This document shows, piece after piece, positions 44,889-54,855 of a DNA stretch of 64,000 bases (position 1 is its first letter; every line of letters begins with the position of its first letter). The notes beneath the pieces are model-generated. The model had not been told where the DNA came from, did no database searches, and saw nothing but the letters and a program-made list of their open reading frames with translations. Origin of the DNA: Eubacteriales bacterium (GTDB lineage Bacteria; Bacillota; Clostridia; Oscillospirales; CAG-382); the NCBI GenBank assembly GCA_045536935.1, contig JAZSOO010000036.1, positions 22,854-86,853 on the forward strand, in the 5' to 3' direction. Position numbers and translations under genes: made by a program.

Positions 44889-45055
44889 TTCTGCTTCCTG
44901 TCTTTTAAAATTGATTTTGCATCAGAATTAATTTGCGCAGAAGTGAGAATATTATAAGAGGTAAAAAAAACAAGACGAATTTCCTGAAAAATCGTCTTTT
45001 AAAACATCGAAAGATGTAATCTTTATGAAAAAGTATAATTTTGTTAATATTATTA

Positions 45056-45062
45056 TTCGACA
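45056..45062. promoter_or_regulatory. 0A box (TTCGACA = reverse complement of TGTCGAA)
   Basis: Exact 7-mer upstream of spo0A. Confidence 0.45.
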
Positions 45063-45122
45063 TAATAATTATAAAATGCCCAAAAATCCCTAAAAAACGG
45101 GCTTTTAAAACAAAAGACATAA

Positions 45123-45129
45123 TTCGACA
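45123..45129. promoter_or_regulatory. 0A box (TTCGACA)
   Basis: Exact 7-mer. Near-matches TGCGACA at 45133-45139 and TTCGTCA at 45220-45226. Confidence 0.45.
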
Positions 45130-45322
45130 AAATGCGACAAATTTTTTGCCGAAAAACATACCAAAAAAGCGGTTTGAAGAAAAATAAGACTCAAAAAGGC
45201 GAAAAATGTAGTACGAAAGTTCGTCAAAAGCGATTATTTTTATGCAAAATCTATTGCGTGTTTACGATTTTGTATGTTAAAATACTCTCACAGAAAATTA
45301 ATATACAAGGAGTTACATTATT

Positions 45323-46099
45323 ATGGAAAAAGCGAGGGTGCTGATTGCAGACAGCAACAGTGAATTCAGAAGTCAATGTGTCCAAAGCCTTAGAAGGCAG
45401 GATATAGAAGTTGTAGCGGAGGCGGCAGACGGCCAGGAAGCCTTTTCGAAAATGGCAAGAATGAAACCGAACGTCGTAATATCCGATCTTTATCTCGGCA
45501 AGATCGACGGTGTTGGATTAATAAGAACGGCAAAGAAGCAAATGCCCGATGATTTTCCTGCGTTCGTTATGCTTTCAAACTTCCCGAACCAAAGTCTTTT
45601 TGAAGAATGTTGCGAGGCGGGAGCTGCGTACTGTATGATAAAGCCTATTGATTTCATCGCACTTGCCGACAGAGTAAAGCGTCTTGCCGACAAGGGCAGA
45701 AGACGTGGTACGGCGAATATCCCAAGCAAAGCGGATGCGGATCTGGAATCGCAAGTAACAAAAATAATACATCAGATCGGCGTACCTGCACATATTAAAG
45801 GATATCAATATCTTCGTACTGCGATAATAATGACGATAAACAATACCGACGTTATAAATTCTGTAACGAAAGTGCTTTATCCTTCGGTCGCAAAGCAGTA
45901 CGGCACGACAAGCTCACGTGTCGAGCGTGCTATCCGCCACGCAATAGAGGTTGCTTGGGACCGTGGTGACCTTGACGTTTTGAATTCCTTTTTTGGTTAT
46001 ACAGTACAGAATTCGAGAGGAAAACCTACAAATTCCGAATTTATCGCAATGATAGCCGATAACCTTCGCCTTAAGAATAAATCCTACGCAAACGTTTGA
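45323..46099 (+). CDS. spo0A: sporulation master regulator Spo0A
   Basis: Receiver domain plus the Spo0A-specific effector block [20 protein letters not shown]...[18 protein letters not shown]. Confidence 0.93.
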   Translation: MEKARVLIADSNSEFRSQCVQSLRRQDIEVVAEAADGQEAFSKMARMKPNVVISDLYLGKIDGVGLIRTAKKQMPDDFPAFVMLSNFPNQSLFEECCEAGAAYCMIKPIDFIALADRVKRLADKGRRRGTANIPSKADADLESQVTKIIHQIGVPAHIKGYQYLRTAIIMTINNTDVINSVTKVLYPSVAKQYGTTSSRVERAIRHAIEVAWDRGDLDVLNSFFGYTVQNSRGKPTNSEFIAMIADNLRLKNKSYANV

Positions 46100-46111
46100 T
46101 ATACTTTTTAT

Positions 46112-46141
46112 AAAAAAGCCTGTTTGATACAGGTTTTTTTA
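46112..46141 (+). terminator. intrinsic terminator after spo0A
   Basis: AAAAAAGCCTGT-TTGAT-ACAGGTTTTTTT. Confidence 0.85.
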
Positions 46142-46233
46142 TTTTACCTTGCGCTATATGGGGAATATATCCCCTTAATAAAAATGATTGTAACCCCCAT
46201 AATAATAAAAGTCAATGGGGAGGTTATAATTTT

Positions 46234-46434
46234 ATGATAAAATTCGATAAATTATGGAAAACTCTTGAATCAAAAGGTAAATCGACGTATTGGCTTCGGG
46301 AAAAGTGCGGTATAGATAGCAAAACCGTCAGACGTTTAAAAGCAAATGAAAATATGGAAACAAAAACGCTTGATAAGCTGTGTTCTGCGCTTGATTGTCG
46401 TATTGAAGATATAGCTGAATATGTTGAAGAATAA
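46234..46434 (+). CDS. small HTH (Cro/C1-type) DNA-binding protein
   Basis: 66 aa. STYWLREKCGIDSKTVRRLKANE HTH. GGGGAGG RBS. Confidence 0.7.
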   Translation: MIKFDKLWKTLESKGKSTYWLREKCGIDSKTVRRLKANENMETKTLDKLCSALDCRIEDIAEYVEE

Positions 46435-46456
46435 ACAATATCTTTGAGGTGATAAT

Positions 46457-46699
46457 ATGAGCGTTAAAGATATTGTCGCAAAAAGATTTATGGATATTTG
46501 TGACGAACGCAATATAAAATACAACGAACTTGCAAATCTTTCGGGCGTAACACCGTCTACGGTGTACAGTCTTCTCGATCCGTCGAGGAGAAACGTTTCT
46601 CTCGTAACTGTTAAAAAACTTTGCGACGGATTAGAGATGACTCTCGGCGAATTTTTCTCCTGCGAAGATTTTGATTCTCTCGAACAGGAAATATGCTGA
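46457..46699 (+). CDS. small XRE-family HTH protein
   Basis: 80 aa. YNELANLSGVTPSTVYSLLDPSRRNVSLVTVKKLCDGL. Confidence 0.7.
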   Translation: MSVKDIVAKRFMDICDERNIKYNELANLSGVTPSTVYSLLDPSRRNVSLVTVKKLCDGLEMTLGEFFSCEDFDSLEQEIC

Positions 46700-46729
46700 A
46701 TATATTAAGGAATAATCTTAAAAAACCTC

Positions 46730-46758
46730 TTGACATTGGTGGAAATTTGTGTTAAACT
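46730..46758 (+). promoter_or_regulatory. sigma-A promoter with extended -10 for the rplU operon
   Basis: TTGACA (46730-46735), 17 nt, TGtTAAACT (46750-46758). Confidence 0.6.
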
Positions 46759-46765
46759 TGCATTT

Positions 46766-46845
46766 GCCGCATGTATGGGGTTTTTCAAGTTGCGCAAGCA
46801 CACCTCTTGACAGCGAGTCTTAATGAAAGGAATTGGTGCTTACAA
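46766..46845 (+). promoter_or_regulatory. possible L21 ribosomal-protein leader
   Basis: ~80-nt leader with AAGCAC...GTGCTT pairing just before the rplU RBS. Firmicutes commonly carry an L21 leader here. Not verified against a model. Confidence 0.35.
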
Positions 46846-47154
46846 ATGTTTGCAATCGTGGAAACAGGCGGAAAGCAGTACAAGGTTAGCGAAGGCGATA
46901 TCATCTTTGTTGAAAAGCTCGGTATCGAAGAAGGCGAAACCTATACCTTTGATAAGGTTCTTGCTATCGCAGACGATAACGGCTTTGTTGCAGGTAATCC
47001 TACCGTAAACGCAACCGTTACCGCTACCGTTGTTAAAAACGGCAAGGGCAAGAAGCTTCACATCATTCGCTACAAGCCTAAGAAGGATTCCAAGAAGCAC
47101 ATCGGTCATAGACAGCCCTATACCAAGCTTCAGATCCTCAGCATCTCTAAATAA
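46846..47154 (+). CDS. rplU: 50S ribosomal protein L21
   Basis: [14 protein letters not shown] canonical N-terminus. Confidence 0.95.
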   Translation: MFAIVETGGKQYKVSEGDIIFVEKLGIEEGETYTFDKVLAIADDNGFVAGNPTVNATVTATVVKNGKGKKLHIIRYKPKKDSKKHIGHRQPYTKLQILSISK

Positions 47155-47157
47155 GCG

Positions 47158-47472
47158 ATGACAATCGCTACGTTCGTTAAAAAGAACGGAAACTTTTGCG
47201 GTTTCCATATCTGTGGTCATTCCGGTTATTCCGAAGAGGGAAGCGATATTGTCTGCGCCGCTGTCAGTGCGATGGCGATGTTGACGATTAATACGATCTC
47301 CGATTCTTTCGGGCTTGAAACCGAGGTGACTGCCGACGAAAACGGCCCCGTTATTGATTTTAAATTGAAAACGGAAAACAGATATGCATCTGCGCTCATA
47401 TCGGGACTGGCAAACGAATTGTCTGCTCTCGAAAACGATTATCCGAACTATGTTCGTGTGATCATCAACTAA
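47158..47472 (+). CDS. prp: ribosomal-processing cysteine protease Prp
   Basis: 104 aa between rplU and rpmA. GHSGYSEEGSDIVCAAVS block with catalytic His/Cys. Confidence 0.85.
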   Translation: MTIATFVKKNGNFCGFHICGHSGYSEEGSDIVCAAVSAMAMLTINTISDSFGLETEVTADENGPVIDFKLKTENRYASALISGLANELSALENDYPNYVRVIIN

Positions 47473-47496
47473 AATTATCGAAAGGAGCTCATAACC

Positions 47497-47784
47497 ATGC
47501 TCAGATTGTCTATTCAGTTCTTTGCACATAAAAAAGGTGTTGGTTCTACCAAGAACGGTCGTGACAGTGAGTCCAAACGTCTTGGCGTTAAGAGACAGGA
47601 CGGTCAGTTTGTAACTGCCGGCAATATCCTTATGCGTCAGAGAGGTACCAAGATTCATCCCGGCGCTAACGTCGGCCGCGGCTCCGACGACACCCTTTTC
47701 GCTCTCATCGACGGAACCGTCAAGTTCGAACCGATGGCAGGCGGAAGAAAGAAAGTCAGCGTATACGCTGTAAACGCAGATTAG
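47497..47784 (+). CDS. rpmA: 50S ribosomal protein L27 (with cleavable N-terminal extension)
   Basis: MLRLSIQFF|[15 protein letters not shown]; the extension ends in the FF-A Prp cleavage context. Confidence 0.95.
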   Translation: MLRLSIQFFAHKKGVGSTKNGRDSESKRLGVKRQDGQFVTAGNILMRQRGTKIHPGANVGRGSDDTLFALIDGTVKFEPMAGGRKKVSVYAVNAD

Positions 47785-47870
47785 TTTTTGCAATTGTAAA
47801 GAGTTAGTCGGGCATAATAATCCCGACTGCTCTTTATTTTTTTGTAGTTGAAATTGAAGGAGGAATTGCC

Positions 47871-49133
47871 GTGTTTATCGATAAAGTTACAATATATATC
47901 AAAGCCGGTAACGGCGGAAACGGTGCTGTTTCCTTCCGTCGTGAGAAATACGTCGCAAAGGGCGGCCCTGACGGCGGCGACGGCGGACGTGGCGGTAATA
48001 TCGTTTTCGTTGTTGACGAAGGCGAAAATACGCTTCTTAATTTTAAATACCGCCGTAAATTCGTTGCTCCCAACGGTGAAGACGGAAAAGGGAAAAGATG
48101 TCACGGTAAGGGCGGTTCCGACCTTCAAATACCCGTTCCCAGAGGAACGATATTGCGTGACCCCGAAAGCGGACTTGTAATACACGATATGTCCGACGGA
48201 CTTCCTTTTGTTGCCGCAAGGGGCGGTAAGGGCGGTTGGGGCAACTCCCATTTTGCAACCCCCACACGCCAAGTACCCCGTTTTGCAAAAAGCGGTACAG
48301 ACGGACGTGAGCGCAATATAACTCTTGAACTAAAAATGCTTGCCGACGTTGGCTTGGTTGGCTTCCCGAACGTTGGAAAATCAACTCTGCTTTCCGAAGT
48401 TTCGTCTGCAAGACCTAAAATCGCAAACTATCATTTTACAACCCTTTCTCCGAATTTGGGCGTTGTAACTGTTTATGATAAAAGCTTTGTTATGGCGGAT
48501 ATCCCCGGTCTTATCGAGGGTGCGTCCGACGGACTTGGGCTCGGTCACGACTTTTTGCGTCATATCGACCGTTGCCGTCTTATTCTTCATATCTTTGATA
48601 TTTCCGCAAGCGAGCGTGAAGACCCGCTTGAAGATATATTGAAGATAAATTCGGAATTGGAAAAATACAGCCCCGAGCTTGCCTCGAGGCCTCAAATTCT
48701 TGTCGGTAATAAGATCGACCTCGGATACAGTGAGGAACATCTTGACCGTATTAAAAAGTATGCAGAGGAAACGGGAAGCGAGCTATTCTTGATAGCAGGC
48801 GGTCTTGACGAAGGCGTTGCCGACCTCTTGAAAGCCGTTGCTAAAAAGCTCTCCGACCTTCCTCCTATCGTATATTACGACGAAGAGTATATCGAAACCG
48901 AAGAAAAAGAGGATATGTCCGTTTCGGTTGAGGTTGTTGACGGTGTTTATGAAGTCAAGGGCGAATGGCTCATCAGACTTTGTAACGACATCAACTTTGA
49001 CGATTACGAATCTCTCCAGTTCTTCCAAAGAGTGTTGCGTGATAAGGGCGTTATCCAAGCCCTCGAAGACGCAGGTGTTCAGGAAGGCGATACCGTTTCT
49101 ATGTACGGCATAGAATTTGATTTTATGTATTAA
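47871..49133 (+). CDS. obg: GTPase Obg/CgtA
   Basis: GTG start. FIDKV..IKAGNGGNG Obg fold, G1 GFPNVGKST, C-terminal OCT domain. Confidence 0.93.
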   Translation: MFIDKVTIYIKAGNGGNGAVSFRREKYVAKGGPDGGDGGRGGNIVFVVDEGENTLLNFKYRRKFVAPNGEDGKGKRCHGKGGSDLQIPVPRGTILRDPESGLVIHDMSDGLPFVAARGGKGGWGNSHFATPTRQVPRFAKSGTDGRERNITLELKMLADVGLVGFPNVGKSTLLSEVSSARPKIANYHFTTLSPNLGVVTVYDKSFVMADIPGLIEGASDGLGLGHDFLRHIDRCRLILHIFDISASEREDPLEDILKINSELEKYSPELASRPQILVGNKIDLGYSEEHLDRIKKYAEETGSELFLIAGGLDEGVADLLKAVAKKLSDLPPIVYYDEEYIETEEKEDMSVSVEVVDGVYEVKGEWLIRLCNDINFDDYESLQFFQRVLRDKGVIQALEDAGVQEGDTVSMYGIEFDFMY

Positions 49134-50062
49134 TCAAACACGCTTTCAATCAGCTTTTCGCAATTATCGGGCGAATATTTCCAACGGTCGATATGGTCGA
49201 TGTCGGGATAATCGTAATCTGGGATAGAGTTTTCTCTGTCGCTGCAATCGATTATCGCAAGCTTGACTTTCATTCTGTCGGGAATAATGTTTTTAATAAA
49301 AACGGCGGCGCTCTGCCCAACTTCAACGTCTTCACGGCATTCCGCAAGACCTGCAAGGTTCGGCGCAAGCTCAACGAAAACGCCGTAATCCTCGATAGAA
49401 CGAACGATACCTGCGGCTGTCTGACCTGATGTGAACTTTGATGCATTTTCTTCCCAAGTACCCAAGAGTTCTCTGTGAGTCAGCGTGATTCTGCCGAATT
49501 CATCGGCGGTGTTCTTGACAACGGCTTTGATTATTTGTCCGTTGCGGAAACGGTCACGTGGGTGGGAGATTCGAGAGACCGACATACAGTCTATCGGCAA
49601 AAGCGAAATAATACCGCAGCCGATGTCGCAAAAAGCACCAAACGGGTCAAGTCTTGTTATCCTTGCTTCGATAACGTCACCCGTCATAAGATTGCAGATC
49701 TTCTCTCGCATACAGTCACGCTGGGCATCTCTTCTTGAAAGAATTGCTCTCGGAACACCAAATTCGTTCCGTTCAATTCCGATAACCTTAAAGCAAACGG
49801 GCTTGCCGACTCTTGAAATAATGGCAATATCCTTCTCGGGCAGACCCTTTGCTGTGTAAACACATTCGCCGTGAGGAATAATACCGTCAATGTCACCGAC
49901 CTTAACGTGCAAATGACGGTCGTGGTCGCAAAGATAGCTTATCCCTTCAAGAATAATACCCGAATCCATCGCTTCTGCAATAGTTTCGGCGTTTTGGGTG
50001 TAGTATCGGTTGCGCTCGGTCTTCAGACGTTTTCCCTCGTAGCAATAATCATCATACTTCAT
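49130..50062 (-). CDS. S1 RNA-binding domain protein
   Basis: Three S1-like OB units (GDVIEARITRLDPFGAFCDIG, GQIIKAVVKN.., GIVRSIEDYGVFVELAP). Confidence 0.7.
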   Translation of the reverse strand: MKYDDYCYEGKRLKTERNRYYTQNAETIAEAMDSGIILEGISYLCDHDRHLHVKVGDIDGIIPHGECVYTAKGLPEKDIAIISRVGKPVCFKVIGIERNEFGVPRAILSRRDAQRDCMREKICNLMTGDVIEARITRLDPFGAFCDIGCGIISLLPIDCMSVSRISHPRDRFRNGQIIKAVVKNTADEFGRITLTHRELLGTWEENASKFTSGQTAAGIVRSIEDYGVFVELAPNLAGLAECREDVEVGQSAAVFIKNIIPDRMKVKLAIIDCSDRENSIPDYDYPDIDHIDRWKYSPDNCEKLIESVFD

Positions 50063-50124
50063 AAATAATTCGCTCCTTAAATTTTTATCCGTATTCGAAT
50101 TATATGAATTCCGGAGGTCAAACT

Positions 50125-51192
50125 ATGCTTACAAAACTCGCACAAATTGAAAAAAGATATATTGAGATAGAAGAAGCTCTTTCAAATCCCGACGTTATGA
50201 GCGATATGGAGGGATATAAGAAATATATGAAGGAGTATAAAAATCTCGCTCCTATCGTCGAAAAATACCGTGAATATAAAGCGGCGGAAAGCGATATCGC
50301 CGATGCGGAAGAGATACTCTCGATCGAGACCGATCCCGAAATGCGCCTTCTTGCCGAAGAACAGAGGAACGAGGCAAAGGCAAAGCTGGAACCGTTCATC
50401 GACGAGCTTAAAATACTTCTTCTTCCCAAAGACCCCAACGACGATAAAAACGTTATCATCGAGATTCGTGGCGGCGCAGGCGGTGAAGAAGCTTCTCTCT
50501 TTGCGGCGGTATTATACCGTATGTATACGATGTATGCAGAATCTTCGGGATTCAAGGTAGAGCTTTTAAGCGCAAACGAGACCGAGCTTGGCGGCTTTAA
50601 GGAAGTTTCGTTTATGATCGAGGGCGAGGGTGCATATTCGAGATTCAAGTTTGAAAGCGGTGTTCACCGTGTTCAGCGTGTTCCCGAAACCGAAGCACAG
50701 GGCAGAATACAAACCTCAACCGCTACCGTTGCCGTTCTTCCCGAAGTCGAAGACGTGGATTTCGAGCTTGATATGACCGAGCTTGAAATAACCCGTCACC
50801 GTTCCGCAGGCGCAGGCGGTCAGCACGTTAACAAGACCGAATCTGCAGTAAGAATAATCCATATCCCGACGGGTATCACCGTTGACTGTCAGGACGAGCG
50901 TTCGCAGATAAAGAATAAGGAAAAGGCTTTGAAGGTTATGAAAAGCCGTCTTGCCGACCTTTACAACAGCCAAAAGGAACAGGCGGTCGCATCGGAGCGC
51001 CGTTCTCAGGTTGGTACGGGCGACAGAAGCGAGCGTATCAGAACCTATAACTATCCTCAGGGCAGAATTACCGACCATAGAATCGGATATACTATCCATT
51101 CGCTTGAAAGCTTCCTAAACGGCAGACTTGACGATATGATTGATGCTCTCATAAGTGCAGACAGAGCAGAAAAATTAAAACAAGGTTTATAA
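50125..51192 (+). CDS. prfA: peptide chain release factor 1
   Basis: PxT tripeptide context [14 protein letters not shown] and GGQ in [24 protein letters not shown]. Confidence 0.92.
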   Translation: MLTKLAQIEKRYIEIEEALSNPDVMSDMEGYKKYMKEYKNLAPIVEKYREYKAAESDIADAEEILSIETDPEMRLLAEEQRNEAKAKLEPFIDELKILLLPKDPNDDKNVIIEIRGGAGGEEASLFAAVLYRMYTMYAESSGFKVELLSANETELGGFKEVSFMIEGEGAYSRFKFESGVHRVQRVPETEAQGRIQTSTATVAVLPEVEDVDFELDMTELEITRHRSAGAGGQHVNKTESAVRIIHIPTGITVDCQDERSQIKNKEKALKVMKSRLADLYNSQKEQAVASERRSQVGTGDRSERIRTYNYPQGRITDHRIGYTIHSLESFLNGRLDDMIDALISADRAEKLKQGL

Positions 51193-51200
51193 AATAAGTA

Positions 51201-51236
51201 AAAAAGGCTTTGCTAACGTTTGGCAAAGCCTTTTTT
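51201..51236 (+). terminator. intrinsic terminator after prfA
   Basis: GGCTTTGC...GCAAAGCC plus TTTTTT. Confidence 0.85.
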
Positions 51237-51351
51237 GCTTAATACCCCTACAAAACTTCGTTTTGCAGGGAACCCGTCGTTAGTTGACAGAAAAACAAAT
51301 TTGTGGTAGTATTAAAATGAACGAAAATTCGAAACAGAGAGGAAGAATTCT

Positions 51352-54300
51352 TTGAAAGCTTCAAAATACATAGCGTTCGTTCTTGCAATATTAATGATTT
51401 TAGGTGTTGTTCTTGCCATACCGCTAAAGACTGAAGCGGAAACAAACCCCGTTCAGGATTATTTTCTCCGTGTTATCGGCTCGGCGGCAAGAGCAAGCTA
51501 TTACGAAACCGACGTTCTTGCGTCATTGACGATAGGACAGGGTATATATGAAAGCGGTTGGGGACGCTCGACGTTGGCTGTCGGCGCACGCAACCTTTTC
51601 GGCATTAAAGCGTTTTCGAATTGGTCGGGCAAGGTGTTCAACCAACGTGACAAGCTGTTTTACAATTCCTATGCAGAATATCTTTTTGCATCGGGACAGA
51701 CTCACGTTCATACGACTTCCGCTTGGCGTGCTCACGAAACCTGGCTTGAAAGCGTGGAATCGCACAATAATCTTTTCGTGACGAGCAGCAGATATGAGAA
51801 GATCGTGGGCGAAAAGAGCTATAAAACCGCTGCGAATTTGCTCGTTTCCTGCGGATATTGCACCGATTACGGTTATGCAAATAACGTTATAGATATTATT
51901 GAATCCAATAATCTTACCGAGTATGACGATCTCACCCCCGATTCCGACGGTATCGTTGCGCTTGTTGCCGATGCTGACAGAAAATTTGTTGATATCGGCG
52001 AGACCTTCACTCTCGGTATAACCTATTTTCCCTCAAACAAAACGCCCTCGAAGTTAAAATGGGCAAGCGATAACAAATCGGTTGCAACCGTCGATTCCAA
52101 AGGCAACGTAAAGGCTGTCGGTCACGGTACTGCGCTTATAACCGCAACCCTTGCAAACGGCAGAGAGGCCTGCTGTATCGTATACGTCGATTGCAACGCA
52201 ACCGTAATAGAAAGCGACGTTAACGTCAGAAGCTCGGCTTCTGCAACTGCATCGTCAAAGGGTATTTTAAGACGTGGCTCTGCTTTTAAGGTCACCTCTG
52301 ATACTCTCGTTTCCGATTCCTCGGGCAACCGTTTTTATGCCGTAAAAGGCACAACAAAAGACGGTAATACCGTCACGGGCTACGTTGACGAAAGCTATGT
52401 ATATCTAAGCAAGCGCAACCCCGTATCTATCGAGGTTGTCAAAAATAATATAACCCTCGCCGTAAAGGATAAATATACGGTTTATAATATCGTAACTCCC
52501 GGCGATGCGGCAGATAAGACCTTAACGTGGAAAAGCAGTAATACGTCAATTGCAACCGTAAACCAAAGCGGTGTTATAACCGCCGTTAAAGAGGGAAAAG
52601 CAACCATAACCGCAACCGCTGTCGGCGGAGCAAAGGTTAATATAACCGTCAACGTGGCGGAATCAAAAAGAACCTATCCCGCAATAATCACAGCCTACCA
52701 AAGCGTTATTATACGTTCGGAAGCATCTTCTTCGTCAAGCTCTCTCGGCAGACTTGGATTTATGGAAAAGGTAACTATTATCGGCGAACCGAACGGCACG
52801 TATTATAAAGTTAAGGGTACAAACACGTCGGGAAAAGAGGTTACGGGCTACGTAAGCTCGGATTACGTGATGACAGTCCCCGACGATATGACCGTAACCT
52901 ACGGAACGGCAGGCGATAATTTCGGAATATATCAATCGCCGAACACGTCTTCAAGAAAATATACAAAGCTTATCAAGGGCACAAAATTTGCCGTAATCGA
53001 TAAGGTCGGCGATTGGAGCTTTGTCATTGGACTTGCCGAAGAAGACGGCGAAAAGGCTGTTTACGGCTATTGCTCTCTCGGTAATACCGCAACCGACGAG
53101 ACCGATGCACCTCTAACGATAAAAGAGACTATAACCGGCTATAAGGGCGAAACGACCGACACGATAAATATAAGAAGCGGAGCAGGCACAAACTATTCTT
53201 CCTTGGGAACTATCTCCGCAGGAACCGAGCTTAACGTTATGGGAATTGCCGAAAGCGGTTGGTATAGAGTTTCGGTAAAAGTCGATTCAAAACAGATTAC
53301 CGGCTATTGCTCTGCTAAGTATATAAACCTCTTTTCAAGCGGAACAACAACGTCAAATCTTAATTTGAGAAGCTCGGCTTCGACCTCAGCTTCAATAATA
53401 ACCCAAATCCCTCTTGGAACAACCGTAACCATTACGGGTGAAGATGATAACGGCTGGTACGGCGTTCAATACCAAGAGGGTGATACGACCTATTCGGGCT
53501 ATTGCTCGGCTGATTATATCAAGCTCGGCTCAAAGACGTTAAGTGTAACCGTCAATGCCGTTGGAAGCGGTTTAACTTATAAATGGTACTTCAAAAATAA
53601 GGGTGATAGCGAATTCAAGCTGACTACGACATTCACGGGCAATACGTACAGAATAGTAATGGACGAAACCCGTGCCGGAAGACAGATATATTGCGTTGTA
53701 ACCGATAAGGAAGGCAATACCGCAAGATCCGACGTTGTGACGTTAACGATGGGTGCGGCGCTCCAAATTACAAAACAACCGGTATCAACACAAGCAAATA
53801 ACGGCAAGACCGTTACGATAAACCTTTCCGCAAACGGCGACGGACTGACGTATAAATGGTACTTCAAAAATAAGGGTGACAGCGAATTTAAGCTCACCAC
53901 AAGCTTCACGGGCAATTCATATTACATAACGATGAATGCCGAAAGAGCATCACGCCAGGTCTATTGCGTAATAACCGATAAATACGGAAATACGCAAAAG
54001 ACGGATACGGTAACGCTCGGTATGTCGGTTATGATAACCAATCAACCGAAAACCGTTGCCGTACCCAACGGAGAAACCGCAAAAGTTACGATATCTGCAT
54101 CGGGTGAAGGCAAAACCTATAAATGGTACTTTAAAAATAAGGGTGAAAGCGATTTCAAGCTTACCACTACCTTCACGGGCAATACCTATTATATAACGAT
54201 GAATGCGTCAAGAGCATCACGTCAGGTCTATTGCGTAATAACCGATAAATACGGCAATTCTGTAAAATCAAACGTAATAACGCTTGGTATGGCTGTTAAA

Positions 54301-54831
54301 ATTACAGAACAACCTGTTTCGGTTGCCGTCACTAACGGAAATACCGCAAAGGTTACCGTAAATGCATCGGGCGAAGGCAAAACTTATAAGTGGTATTACA
54401 AAGATAAAGGTATGTCCGATTTTGCCCTTACAAAGACCTTCACGGGCAATTCATATTACATAACAATGAACGCAGAAAGAGCGTCACGTCAGGTCTATTG
54501 CGTAATAACCGATAAATACGGCAATTCCGTCACGACAAATACCGTAACGCTCGGTATGGCGGTCAAGATAACCAAACAGCCCGTCTCCGTCACCGTCAAA
54601 AACGGAAGCATAGCTACCGTGACCGTAAATGCATCGGGCGAGGGTAAAACATACCAATGGTATTTCAAGGATACGAATTTAAGCAAGTTCTATCTTACAA
54701 CGTCCTTCACGGGCAATACCTATACCACAACGATGACTGACGCACGCAACGGCAGACAGGTTTACTGCGTCATAACCGATAAATACGGTAATTCCGTAAA
54801 GACGAACACGGTAACTTTGAAAAACAGCTGA
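51352..54831 (+). CDS. secreted GH73 N-acetylglucosaminidase with Big_2, SH3 and five Ig-like repeats
   Basis: TTG start after GAGAGGAAG. Signal anchor. GH73 block GQGIYESGWGRSTLAVGARNLFGIKA. Big_2 blocks (SVATVDSKGNVKAVGHGTALITAT). SH3b-like units. Five 89-91-aa repeats with TYKWY...RQ(V/I)YCV(I/V)TD. Confidence 0.85.
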   Translation: MKASKYIAFVLAILMILGVVLAIPLKTEAETNPVQDYFLRVIGSAARASYYETDVLASLTIGQGIYESGWGRSTLAVGARNLFGIKAFSNWSGKVFNQRDKLFYNSYAEYLFASGQTHVHTTSAWRAHETWLESVESHNNLFVTSSRYEKIVGEKSYKTAANLLVSCGYCTDYGYANNVIDIIESNNLTEYDDLTPDSDGIVALVADADRKFVDIGETFTLGITYFPSNKTPSKLKWASDNKSVATVDSKGNVKAVGHGTALITATLANGREACCIVYVDCNATVIESDVNVRSSASATASSKGILRRGSAFKVTSDTLVSDSSGNRFYAVKGTTKDGNTVTGYVDESYVYLSKRNPVSIEVVKNNITLAVKDKYTVYNIVTPGDAADKTLTWKSSNTSIATVNQSGVITAVKEGKATITATAVGGAKVNITVNVAESKRTYPAIITAYQSVIIRSEASSSSSSLGRLGFMEKVTIIGEPNGTYYKVKGTNTSGKEVTGYVSSDYVMTVPDDMTVTYGTAGDNFGIYQSPNTSSRKYTKLIKGTKFAVIDKVGDWSFVIGLAEEDGEKAVYGYCSLGNTATDETDAPLTIKETITGYKGETTDTINIRSGAGTNYSSLGTISAGTELNVMGIAESGWYRVSVKVDSKQITGYCSAKYINLFSSGTTTSNLNLRSSASTSASIITQIPLGTTVTITGEDDNGWYGVQYQEGDTTYSGYCSADYIKLGSKTLSVTVNAVGSGLTYKWYFKNKGDSEFKLTTTFTGNTYRIVMDETRAGRQIYCVVTDKEGNTARSDVVTLTMGAALQITKQPVSTQANNGKTVTINLSANGDGLTYKWYFKNKGDSEFKLTTSFTGNSYYITMNAERASRQVYCVITDKYGNTQKTDTVTLGMSVMITNQPKTVAVPNGETAKVTISASGEGKTYKWYFKNKGESDFKLTTTFTGNTYYITMNASRASRQVYCVITDKYGNSVKSNVITLGMAVKITEQPVSVAVTNGNTAKVTVNASGEGKTYKWYYKDKGMSDFALTKTFTGNSYYITMNAERASRQVYCVITDKYGNSVTTNTVTLGMAVKITKQPVSVTVKNGSIATVTVNASGEGKTYQWYFKDTNLSKFYLTTSFTGNTYTTTMTDARNGRQVYCVITDKYGNSVKTNTVTLKNS
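53530..54828 (+). repeat. five tandem 267-273-nt coding repeats (Ig-like modules)
   Basis: The xTY(K/Q)WY codon block recurs at 53572, 53845, 54112, 54379 and 54646. Confidence 0.9.
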
Positions 54832-54855
54832 TAGCACCCCGAAAAGGAGAAAAAT

